DNA of 57,494 bases, filler included, from Dugesia japonica (Eukaryota), in NCBI GenBank assembly GCA_001938525.1. It is 5 parts of 5 records of this genome, joined end to end, with 100 filler letters (N's around TTAATTAATTAA, not from the genome) between each part and the next. Parts side by side here need not be neighbours in the genome. Positions count along the whole stretch, not along the records: positions 29,958 to 48,479 come from MQRL01622135.1; 4 more parts are not named here. The stretch is one strand, 5' to 3'. Numbering within the stretch: the first letter of the stretch is position 1; each line of letters opens with the position of its first letter. The translations under genes were made by a program, and so were the position numbers. Positions 31,728 to 44,625 of this stretch are shown here, in pieces. The notes under the pieces were generated by a model. It made no database searches and was not told the DNA's origin. It was given only the letters and a program-made list of their open reading frames with translations.

Positions 31728-34700
31728 ATGACTCAATCTATTTTTAACTCAGTTCGAAAATTAAACTTTTACAATTTTAAAACCAAGTATATTAATCAAA
31801 ATGAAAGTGTTGGAGAATTATATAAGAAACAGTCGGTAAATTTATTTTAAATAATTTCTAAATAGCGAAATAAATATTATTATCAATTATAAAAATTACA
31901 AAAATTTAACTTTAGATAGAAGACTTCGGCAGTATTCCTGAACCAAGTTGTCTTGATTATGACGACAAGTTAAGTTTATTGGCTATCGGCAGTAAGAAAG
32001 GCTTGATAAAAATGTATTAATTTTTTTGATAATTTTAAATTTTAATTAAATTAATTGTCTAGATTTGGTCATCCAGGAATTTGTTTTTCAAATCGATTAG
32101 ACGGCCAAGATGAAATTTGGAATATTAAATTTATTTCTGGAACCGTAAGCTAAATTTTTTATGGTTTTATTAATTATAAAATTAAACGGATATTTTTGAT
32201 TTTACAAAAAATAATATTATCGTAAATAATTATTTTTAAATTTTTATATTTCAACATTGATCTAATAGTAAAAAATACATGTTTGAAAAGTGCTATAAAA
32301 TTATCATTTGATAATTGGTTGATTTTAATTTGTCTATTTATGAATTTAATTGGTTGGCGCTCATACTAAGCTGAGTACACTCGATCTCGTTTGACCTCGG
32401 AACAAGCATCCTTCCTCTAGGTAGCAATCATAGTATGTCCTTTAAATCCTAAAGAAGTGTTCCTACCACTTGGAAATTCAAGCGCACGTCTTTTTTCACT
32501 GTACACCATCATCAGCATTTTGCACAGGGCGCCATAATAATTTGCTTGAGTTATTTGCTAGATTTGTTTGAGCCTGTACAATCATCAAAATAATTATCGA
32601 TCAGACCTGTAACCTTCTTAATAGGACTTATTGCGTCGATTTGCAGCTCATAAATGATAAAAAGAAGCATATTATCCGACTAAATATGAAAACTCCTTAC
32701 GACACACCCAGTAATTTAAAATGAGCGAATGACACCACTCAAGGAGGATATTCAAGAAAACCTTCCAAATTGAATAAACGATCTCAGTAGGGTGTTGAAA
32801 ATAAGCCAGTACTAAAACAGATTGTTTTCCACGTTAAGGTAATTAGAAAATTTGCTGTTGTCTCGATCAGGAAATGCATAGCCTGTTCGAGCAGTAATCC
32901 GAGTTTTTACAACGGACAGGCTGGCACTCTAAAATTTGAAGAGATTAAACTCGATGAGAGTAAAGCCAACTTGTCTGATGTGGAGGAAGTTAGCAAGGGT
33001 TCCTAAAATTTCCCACCATTTCCTTGCGACTTTTTCTTAGTTCTTTTCTTTTTGTTTTGTTTAACAGCTTTACGCTTGCTGAACCAGGACATAATTAAGC
33101 CTGGGGGAGAATTTCTAACTTGNNNNNNNNNNNNNNNNNNNNNNNNNNNNNNNNNNNNNNNNNNNNNNNNNNNNNNNNNTATTGTCGATTGAACTACCCT
33201 CTTGAATAGTTAGAGATAACCTTACACATTTCCAGTGCAAGACAGAGTCTATCACTTCGTATCTGAGTTCTTGCGTACTTGAGGTGATTCATATAAGTCC
33301 TATCAACTTCTCTTAGAAGTATCTGCCTTTGGAGAGATTTTTTNNNNNNNNNNNNNNNNNNNNNNNNNNNNNNNNNNNNNNNNNNNNNNNNNNTTTACGC
33401 TTGCTGAACCAGGACATAATTAAGCCTGGGGGAGAATTTCTAACTTGAAAGATGGCTTTTTGTGCGTTGTTTGCACTGGATCTCGTTAGTACTTATAACG
33501 TGAGTATTGTCGATTGAACTACCCTCTTGAATAGTTAGAGATAACCTTACACATTTCCAGTGCAAGACAGAGTCTATCACTTCGTATCTGAGTTCTTGCG
33601 TACTTGAGGTGATTCATATAAGTCCTATCAACTTCTCTTAGAAGTATCTGCCTTTGGAGAGATTTTTTTATCATTCAATCGTCAAAGCGAAACTTAAATT
33701 CAGTTATGGACTGCTTGAAAGATATTACAATTGCGAATAGCAAGCAATCTGCGATTTCTGACTTTTTAAACATACACAATCTACATTTTTTGTATCTTCA
33801 CACCCTTTATAAATAATATCTAGCATGCATCCATGTAAAAGTTTTATGTAATTGCAATTGGAAAAATGTACCGTTGCTATTTGCATCTCTATTCGAAAAC
33901 TACTTAAGAGAAACCTGTTATTTTTAATGTATATATTACTTACAACAATATTAAAAAACTTCTAATTAATACATTAATCGCAACAAAACCCAATCCTTCG
34001 TTTATTGCTCAGAAATCTATTTATGACATTTACAATACATTTCTTTTTATTATAGTAATTTACAGTTATGTTGACTTTTTATTGATGCTAGAAAATTTCC
34101 TTATTACATTTAGATATTATAGAATTATTTTTGTTAATAAAATACATTAAATCTGTGGTTCCAAAACTGCGCCGCGAGAAATTTCCAATATTAGATATCT
34201 TTTGTAAAAGTAGCAAATCCAAAGGACCAATAAAAATGCATTGACTCATGTTCGCAATCTGTTGTGACACTAAACCATAAACTATATAATTTTTTGTTTA
34301 ATATAGCAGTAATAATAATATATAATTAACTAATGAATTAAAAACTTGCATAATATAAAACTATTAACAATATCAAATGTTTAATATAGATTATTTTGAT
34401 TTGAAACCAATTATAACTTGTTCTTACCCCCTTCATTATTTTTACATTAGTTGAAATAAATTGATAACGGTATTAAAAATTTAATTTATCCATAAATCAC
34501 ACAACGTTTACAGCATTAATCCCTGATTTTTTTTAAATAAAATTCCAATCAACATCGGTTTTCAAATTTTTTTAAAAATGAGCAATTTTAAAATTTTAAA
34601 AATGTCAATAATTTTTGGATAAATACGAAATAAGAATTTGTATTTTCTTTTATATTTTTCTAATATGGATTAGCGACTAATGCGTTGCAATGTATTAATT

Positions 34701-37069
34701 AGTATACACACAACAATAAAACGGATTTTAAAACTCACACAAGAAAACAAAATAAAGTAAAGGTTTTGGTTTATCATATTATTTTAACAAAATTTCATAG
34801 AGCGATAATTGTTTATATTTCCATATTTAGAAAAACTAAGGAATAATATTCATAGCAATAGAAATTTTATTGTATATTGTTTTGGCGTCCCTCTGGTATA
34901 ATCGCCATTATGCCTTGCTTACTGCCTTTCACCAACCAGTTCTTAACATTTTCCGAAAATATTTTGGGCACCATTATATTTAAAAAATAGGTACTCCAAT
35001 TTTAATTTACCGCAAAAATTTTTTAATACAATAGGTCGTTTTCACAAAAGCATTGATATTTTAATTCATCGCAAATAAATGAAAGTTATAAAACATTTAA
35101 GATAATAATTTTTTCTGACATATTTTAATTAAAATTGTTGAATATGATATGATAAACAAGATCAAAAATATATTTATTCATAAACTATCTTACGAGGCCA
35201 AATTTATTTCATTAAATTGGAAAAAAATGAAAATCTCTAAAATATTTCAACACATGAAAAAAATTTATACTATTTATATTTTTATTACAACTGGTATACA
35301 TTCATACCTAGATATACCTAGATATGCCGTGTAATGAAGTATTTTGGTCCGTAAATCGAAAAAATACCATAATTAAAGTAGGTCGTTAAAGCATAAAGTC
35401 GTATAAAGAGAGGCCGTATAGTGAAATATAGGGGTATAAAACATACAAAACTCATCTATTGGAAATTCAATGCTAGAAACTGAATGTTCTTTTTAAAATT
35501 TAAATCTACTAATTGGATAATTATGATTTCATAAAACTAAACATAAGTTCAGAATTAGTCACTCTATTTATCACGATAACTTTAATTAAATATAAAATAA
35601 ATTACGATTATTAATGCTAATATTAATATTGCTGGTAAATTGCATATTTACATATAAACAAAGGATATAAATTAATAAATTATTTCAATAAATTAAAATT
35701 ATAAACACATGGTTTCGCACACAAATGATCTATTTTGTCAAACAAAAAAAAACTATTAAAATAAAATGATTTTTCGTATCAAAATAAAAATTATTTAATC
35801 ATTTATTAATTATTAACCTTGAATCAATTTTTAATTTAAATTGTGATCTGTACGCTATGAATCAACATAAGAAACAACTATCTGATGATACAAGGAATAA
35901 AATTATATCAAAATGAAATCATAAAAATCATATATAGATATTAGCACAGACTTTGAATTGAAATATGAAACTGTTAGGAGTATAATAAACAAGTTTAAGA
36001 AGTTAGGAAGAACGAATTCTATTAAAAGCAATCTCAATAAGCAACAAAATTATATTGAACAACGAGAGTTATTTCGGTTTCTTTTAAAATATTTAAAAAT
36101 ACGTATTGCATTAATTTGCAATGCATTTGTTAATAATTTTCTATTTTACAAATAGTGAACTTATGTGAGAAACTCTATATATATATACACACACACACAC
36201 ACACATATATATATATGTCTATGTATCGATTTGTCATGTATCGAATTGTCATTTTTTGTAAAAATTTATTTATTTTTAATTGATTGATAATAATTTTTAA
36301 TTAATTAATATTTATTTTTAATTGATTTATATTTTCATAATATATTAACGTGTTTGTAAAAATTGTCATGAACTTTTCTGACATAGTATCAATTTTGTTT
36401 TTTGATGAAACAGGATTATAAGTTACAATGAGAAGATATTACAGGACGTCAAAAAAGGGAGAAAAGCAATTAAAATAACAAACGGCATTAAGTCAAGAAA
36501 CAAAACGGTTATGGCTTGTATGTGGAAAGGTGGATTAATTCATTACAAAACATTGAATGCATCTAGGAACCATACCACTTGCTTTGAACCTTTGAGAGAA
36601 ATGTGTGAGATTTTGGGTGATCTAATTTTTTGCGTATTGTTCATACAACACCCAGATTTTTCTTCTATAATTGGTTGGTTTTCATACTCTTCTAGTTTCG
36701 ATCCTAAAGCTTCCTTAGTATTCAAACTTTGATTTTTGCAATATCCATTATTAATTTCTTCAAAATTTTCTCAAAATGTACAATTTTTTGACGTTAAAAT
36801 TTTAATAAAAAAATAACAAAAATTTAATAAATTTTCACCATTTCATTAAAATTGTTTTCACATTTATATTGAAATTCAATTGAGCTAATCGTCAATAGTT
36901 TTCAAAATGATGTTTCAGTAGAAAATTTTCTAAATTTAATTGCATTGTTTTTATTCCGGAATTTTAATAGCATCGACTATTTAGTGTCTCACAAAATTAT
37001 GCTTCCTCATTTTAACAATTTTTTGTTACATATTATTAAAATCAATTTGATTAATTTAATTTTTGTCTA

Positions 37070-37135
<66 letters not shown>

Positions 37136-40100
37136 GTTTTGTTATTATTTTTATTTAAAAATATTATAAATAAATAAGAAATTTATAAATTTCGAAAAGA
37201 AACTAAATTCTTGATGTTATTTCTGAAAAATCTGTATAACTGATAAAATTAAGCAAAAAAATTAAACCAAATAAATTCTTGATAGAAAAACAATTCTAAT
37301 TTAAATCCATCTTAATAAAATATATAAATATTTAAGTTTTTTGTCTAAAAAAAATTTAAAAAATATACTCAATCGCTTTTATTGTAAATAATAAGTTTAT
37401 AAAATATATTTCTTTGCAACATTTGTAATGTGTCTTTCAAAACCAATCGTTGAACATTCTAAAATAAATTCAAAATAGAGTTTGTTATTAAATCATCAAG
37501 ATTCTTTTTGTATGTTAATTTGTTCCACGGAAAAAAAAAGAAGAAATATATTTCATTGTAAAATTGAATAACTTCTCAATAAGGTTTGAAAATTGTTCAA
37601 TAAACCAAAAAAAAATCGAGTGTACATTAAACGTAAACCTCTCTGAAATAAAGTTCATAAATGTTTTTCTTACATTTCATGATTTCTTTAAATAAAGATT
37701 TTATTAAAATTTAATTTTTATAAATTATGAAAACAATATTATTGTGTTATTCCTATAATTATTTCTAATGAACATTTTCATATTTTTAATATAGACCCCA
37801 CCCAGTAAATAATCTCTATAGAATATAGAAAAGTTTTTTTTAAAACAAATTCTTAATTTTATGTCAGAATAAAATAAAGCACAAATATAAAATGTACAAA
37901 ATTGGCATTGTCAATTAGTTTTGTGGCAAACAAACTTTACTTTAAATAAACCGAGTTGAATTTTTTATCGTTCAATTGAAGTTTACTAAAAATAATTTTT
38001 TAATTAATAATTCTAATCCATTGCAACACAAATAAAAAGACATAATTTATTCATATATAATAATATTTTATTATGAAATCAATAATCTAAGTATATTTTT
38101 TAACGTTATTTTAAATTAATTTATTTCACTCGAAGACAAACAGGCGACCGTCGACTGAGTGGCTCAATGCTAAAATGACATTGACCGATGATTCGCCGGC
38201 TTTGTGTTGCAATGGCTTAAATAGAATTATTAAAAATATAAAAAATACATAAGTCTGTTAAAATAATTAAAAAGATAGTTATTAACAATAATTAAGATGC
38301 ATTATTTTTAAATTATTTTTTTAGACAGATTTAGTTAAAATAATTTGGTGATGAATTTAATTTTTAAATAATATAGAACAATACTTTTATAGAGAATTTC
38401 AATTGAGCTAGAGATATACTATAAAATACCAAAATACTAAAATACCAAATACTGAAAATACCTATAAAATTATATTTTAATATTTATATATTTTTCAAAA
38501 ATTTTAAACATCTTTTATTAAAATATAAACATAAAAATACATTCTACTATATACTAAATAATTTTAAAAGTAATTTATTATACTATATAATATATGACAA
38601 ATTACAAAATTTCATAAGGTATGAACTATTTCTTACTTCAACATCTTACTGTAGATCATACTTTATGTGAAATTAGAGGGATTAGCTTTCAAATATTGGA
38701 GAAATTCAAAAAATATTAAAGAAAAGGGTTTATTCAATAATTAATGTTTTAATATTATATCAACATATAAATTGAACAGAAAAATTAAATTTTGTGAGAT
38801 TTGAATTAAATTAATTAAAGTTTATAAGCAATTAATGATGTACGATTACTATTACTATTACTATTCTCACATTATCGTAAAACCATGAAAAAATTTAAAC
38901 TGTGAATAAATTTAAACAAAAATAATTTGTTCTTTTTAAACTAAAATTTATTTTGAAATGATTTGCAACTTTTTTAATATAGTAAAAATATTTTCTTTCT
39001 CTTATACCAGAATAAATATAAAATATATATTTGAAATTTATTTAATCAAAATTTTCCAATAGATTTATTTTTGAAATAAAATAATAAATAAAAGTATCGA
39101 TTCATTTAAAATAAAAGCTTCTATCAAAATTTGTTTTTTTGGATTTTGAAAATTATTCTATATTTCGACTTCGTCTTCGTCAGGAATTGACTTTTGTATC
39201 GATTTTTAGGTAAATCTTCCAAAGATAATTATAATTATTATTTTAATTTATTTTATTATTAATTTCAGACATATTTTATTCACCATTAACAACTATAATA
39301 TATATTTAGTAAAGTATTCTCCAATAGAAACAAATAATTAATTAAAATAATTTTAATCAATTTCTATTGGTTGAAATTCTTCATAATAATTTCCTTATAT
39401 CAATAAAATCAATTTGAATTTTTCAAAAAAATTAATTGATAAAAATTCTACCAAATCTTCTAAAATATTGAAATTTAATTTCGAATTATATTTCAAATTA
39501 AATATTTTATAAATATTAATGATGAATAAATTTTAGAATTTCGTTATTACATTAACATCAGAAAATAAATTGATTCTTTGGCTTATATCTACTTATCAAA
39601 ATGAACTGCTCAAGATAGACACAATGTCAATCGTAAATCTATTGTACTCAAAACAGTCAGCTGTTCAAAAAAAATCAGATTACAACAATAATATTGAGAA
39701 GCCAATAGAACAAAATGTTACAGTAATAGAAGTGATTGAATCGACATCATCAATTATAATGGGTAATGGAGAAGGTTCACTTATATTAGTGAAATTAGAT
39801 TTACAAAAAATGAGAAAACAGTTGGATCAATACAAAACAGTTCCACCTGGAAATACTATTTGGCGTTTGCCCACATCATCAGATATTATCAAACTAGATC
39901 GTATTATTTCAAAGTTTATACTGAAATATTTATTTTCCGTATTTAATATCTTATAGAATACCGATCGGATTTCAAAAAGGAGTTCGTTCAGATGCTGTCA
40001 TTCATATTAGCGCAAGACCTGGTTCAAGAAAACATTTATTAATTGGCTATCGTTCAGGACTATCGATAATCTATAATGTTCAAAATGATTCTGTTGATTA

Positions 40101-40324
40101 TCTTTTGCCAGCTCAAATTTCATTAAATGGATTATCATGGTGTCCACCAGATCCAATAATTCAGGATAATTTTTTAGTAGCCCCTAACCAAAATGAACCG
40201 CAATATAATTTGAGTTCTGAGTTATATTCCTGTCACGAAGATGGCTCCGTCATAAATTGGATACTTCCACAAAACACTGATGCTATTCTAGCTTTAAAAT
40301 CAGATCCTATTTTCCCATATGGAG
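31728..40324 (+). CDS. lgl: Host lethal(2) giant larvae / tomosyn-family WD40 gene, 5' part. Exons 31728-31835, 31916-32013, 32063-32144, 39537-39913, 39957-40324
   Basis: GT-AG introns with consistent phases give MTQSIF...IEDFGSIPEPSCLDYDDKLSLLAIGSKKGLIKIFGHPGI...NKLILW...HLLIGYRSGL...SCHEDGSVINW...FPYG, matching the Lgl/STXBP5 N-terminus. Later exons not identified. Lgl versus tomosyn is not resolved. Confidence 0.85.
32353..32402 (+). pseudogene. 5S rRNA-like 5' fragment (~50 nt)
   Basis: GTTGGCGCTCATACTAAGCTGAGTACACTCGATCTCGTTTGACCTCGGAA matches the conserved CATAC...CGATCTCGT.TGA.CTCGGAA pattern of animal 5S. The 3' half is absent. Confidence 0.65.
35858..36570 (+). pseudogene. IS630/Tc1-like transposase remnant
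   Basis: HTH LKYETVRSIINKFKKLGR, first catalytic region LFFDETG, and SRNKTVMACMWKGGLIHYK. Stops present. Confidence 0.55.
37074..37134. repeat. (TAT)n/(AAT)n microsatellite; similar tracts at ~8346-8385, 41422-41600, 44411-44622, 46871
   Basis: Direct observation. Confidence 0.95.
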
Positions 40325-40395
40325 GTGAATATTTAATGAAATGTTTGTATTATTTATAATTAGCAATCGATAAAATGATAGTGTTTAGTTGACGC

Positions 40396-41020
40396 CAGAG
40401 GTTCCTAAACTGTGAGCCGCGAGAATTTCCCAATTTTAGACACCTTCTATAAAAGTAGCAAATTCAAAGGATAAATTAAAATCCATTGACTTACGTTCGT
40501 AATCTGCTGTGACACCAAACTATAAAGTTTATAGTATAAACTAACCAAGCCTCAATAACGTAGTTTTATTAAGAGGTTTGAGAAGTTATGTAGTTAACAA
40601 CAAGCTCATCCATTTAATTAATTATCTTGATAAGTCTGTTTAATAATTTTTTTCCTGAATTTAAAATATTATTATCTTTTTAAACTAACCTAGCCGCATG
40701 CGCAATTCAACTGTGTTTAATAAATAAATAACTAATAATAATAGACTGTCATACTCAAAAAGATTTTTAAGATGGTTTCTCTTGAGTATAGAGAATGAAG
40801 TGGATCAACAAGAACTATCTATGAAGGGGTTGATAAGTTTTGTGAAGTTTACCCAAATGGAGCTCAGGAAAGTAACGAGGAATAAATAACTGAGGAAAAT
40901 ATAATTAACCAATAAATTCGAAACTTACATAAAAATAGACCAATATTTCGATTTGGGGTACCATGGAAAGATTTTGATGTACCAATGACGCAGCTAACCA
41001 AAATAGTTTAGGAATCCTTG
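40396..41020. mobile_element. Non-autonomous hAT-like element; related partial copy at ~34153-34285
   Basis: Imperfect TIRs CAGAGGTTCCTAAACT / AGTTTAGGAATCCTTG. No clean TSD. Confidence 0.5.
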
Positions 41021-41419
41021 GCCTAGTCAATAAAAATAAGGATTTGTTTAAAATTAATGAAGTTGAAAATATTTCATTAAAATAAAAACTTCGATCAAAT
41101 TTTTATATTGTTTTTGATAGTATTTCAAATTTTTGACTTTGTCTGATTCAGGAATTGACATTTAAAAATAGTTTAAAAAATAAAATCTCTAAATTTGAAA
41201 ATGAACTCTTTTTTGATTTAAGTTATTTGCTGTTAAATTGTTTTATATAAAAGCTAATAGAAAATATTAAATGTACTCATTATTCACAAATACTTTTACA
41301 ATTTTCTCAACAAAAATATTCAATATATTTTATTATTGTGATTGCTTAACATTTACTTGTTTTATTATAAATAGAAATTAAAACAAAAACAAGAATAATC
41401 GCAATAAATAATAATAAAA

Positions 41420-41472
<53 letters not shown>

Positions 41473-44430
41473 NNNNNNNNNNNNNNNNNNNNNNNNNNNN
41501 NNNNNNNNNNNNNNNNNNNNNNNNNNNNNNNNNNNNNNNNNNNNNNNNNNNNNNNNNNNNNNNNNNNNNNNNNNNNNATAGTAATAATAATAATAATATA
41601 AATAAATAATAATAGTAAAGTAAAAGATAAAAATACGAACCGTTTAAAACAAAATTTTATCAGCTTAATAAGTAATTTTGTTAATGAAAATTGCTACTTT
41701 CTCTATATTTTTCAATAAGGTATTATCATTTTGATTAGAAAAGTTCACTCTACGACAGGTTATTTTACAAATAAATAGAAAATTAAGATTATTTATTTTC
41801 TTACAATTTTTAAATTGAAATTCATTCAGAAACATATATACAGCCAAATATTGATTTCAGATATTTAATTGTGTACATTATTTCTGGCACACTTATTAGA
41901 AAATTGATCTACTTTTCAATGTTAAATTATTTTCACATTTTTAGCACATTATCTTATTTTAAAACTATTTTAATAATTTTTGAAATTGATTATCNNNNNN
42001 NNNNNNNNNNNNNNNNNNNNNNNNNNNNNNNNNNNNNNNNNNNNNNNNNNNNNNNNNNNNNNNNNNNNNNNNNNNNNNAAATTCTGAATTTCTTACATTT
42101 TATTTACTGAAAATCGAAAACTTCATCAAAAATTAATATTTTTTGGAAAAATACTCGATAAAATTCGGAATAAATTGCGTATTTTGTTAATAATGAAACT
42201 TTGTATTATTTTATTTCTTTTTCATAAACATCAATGTTTTGCGTTTTATTTCATTCAAAATAGTTCTCCTACAGTATTATAAATTAGGAAAATTAAAGAA
42301 AATACCCCGAATAATGAAATTTTATTAAAATAAAACAAGAAGTTCTAAAAAGCACGTTTCTTATGAATTAAAAAGTTTAATTGTTATATATTTTATTTAA
42401 ATTGTTAGGCTTTACTGTGACCCACCTAAAAAAATCATAATTGCGGTAAAACCCAAAGTTATTTTTGCGTGATACTTAAAACAACAAACTAATGAAATTC
42501 CATTTCAAAAATGATACTTTGTTTATAACAATTTGTACACAATTTTGCAAATTTTTCTAATAAATTCATTGGAAGGTAAATAATTTTAGCTTTACAGACG
42601 ATAGTTTTTGTGTATATAAAATTTCACACTCGTATCGATATACACATTTATAACACTAAGTGAGTTTGGGGTGAATTTTCACCCCAGTCAAAAAACATTC
42701 ATTAATAATTAATAATAATATTAATATTAATATGAAAATAATAATAATTTAAAATAAAATTTTATTGATAAATATCTCGACAGATCAATAGACATTATCA
42801 GATAAAAAATGAGTTCAGTCTGTATTATTTAAACAAAGATTCAAGCAATTATACTGAATATAAGATGGCTATAATCATAATATTTAAATTTTAATTTTTA
42901 AAACTTTTTCTCTAATAAAAATTTTATAAATAAAAGTATTTTTTGATAATTATAAATTCCTGTTCATTAAATTCGTAGCCTTGATAATGCATAAAAGAAA
43001 ATATTCTAGACTTAGCTCAAAGTAGAAATTGGAAATAATTAAATATGCCGAAGTTAATCTGACTGTGTCTGAAAAAATATTAGCTGAACTAATAACCGTC
43101 ACCTTTTACGGAATTTAAAATTTGGTGGATATTAGAGGGTTTACTGTATATGCATTCAGTAGTTATGAAAATCGAAGTTCGTGTTCCTTATCATTGATGT
43201 TAAAAAGAGACATGCTAATGTATTTTCGTCAATGAATTATGTCTCTTTCATTTTAAAATGGTTTCATCAAATATATTCTTTTAAAAACAACAGTTTTATT
43301 TTTCTTTATACAATGAATTAGACAAATAAAATAAATAAATATTTCCTATTTTCGGAAATTATTGGAACAAAACGTATGATATTTCAATGTAATATCAGCA
43401 TTTTTCTTCAGTCAGTTTTAGCCAAGAAATAACTGCAGAAATTATGTAAATTAATCAGAATGGTAATGTTTCTATAAACATTCTCAAGTCTTTTTGTCGT
43501 AATTTTCAATACTTTTAATTTATTACAANNNNNNNNNNNNNNNNNNNNNNNNNNNNNNNNNNNNNNNNNNNNNNNNNNNNNNNNNNNNNNNNNNNNNNNN
43601 NNNNNNNNNNNNNNNNNNNNNNNNNNNNNNNNNNNNNNNNNNNNNNNNNNNNNNNNNNNNNNNNNNNNNNNNNNNNNNNNNNNNNNNNNNNNNNNNNNNN
43701 NNNNNNNNNNNNNNNNNNNNNNNNNNNNNTTTTTTTTATATGCTGATGCAACTAATGATTTAAAATGTGACTTTTTAATTTTTCTATCTTTGATTTTATT
43801 AATAGGAAAATTTTTTGTTTTCCTATTTAATTCAATCATCAATTAATTTTTTTTAAGATTTTAATTATAAAATAATTTTCATTTATAAAATTTTTCAAAT
43901 ATTCTATGTTTTTTTATCGTTTTTTTATGATTAACTTTTAAATTTTGTTTAAAAACGAAATTTGTCTTCATAAAATTTTATAACTTTTCGAGACAATATT
44001 TCTGGAAAATTAAATTTACTAATCTATTAGAAAAATGACACTTTAAAGTTAATATTTAACGTTTAAACAATTCTCCACGACTTAACAAGTTGAAAGAAAT
44101 CAAACCGATAATTCTAATTAAAATAGAAAATAAAAAATCTCATTACTTTTTTTTGTATAAACTAATTAATTGATAATTATCAAAATTTCTGATTAATATT
44201 TTCGAAAATAATTAATTTTATTTATTATGTTTATTGTTTTTGATAGTATTTCAAATTTTTGACTTTGTCAGATTCAGGAATTGACATTTAAAAATAGTTT
44301 AAAAAATAAAATCTCTAAATTATGTTATGTTAATAATTATACTTTAGTATTTACTCGATATTGAATGTAACCGATGTCGAGTTTTCATTAATGGATCTAA
44401 TTATATTTGATAATAATAATAATAATAATC

Positions 44431-44464
<34 letters not shown>

Positions 44465-44556
44465 NNNNNNNNNNNNNNNNNNNNNNNNNNNNNNNNNNNN
44501 NNNNNNNNNNNNNNNNNNNNNNNNNNNNNNNNNNNNNNNNNNNNNNNNNNNNNNNN

Positions 44557-44625
<69 letters not shown>

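Noticed and set aside
42667-42686. Perfect hairpin TGGGGTGAA-TT-TTCACCCCA resembling the LTR start
   Set aside because: Similarity is only ~9 nt and no partner end was found; probably a DNA-transposon subterminal palindrome.
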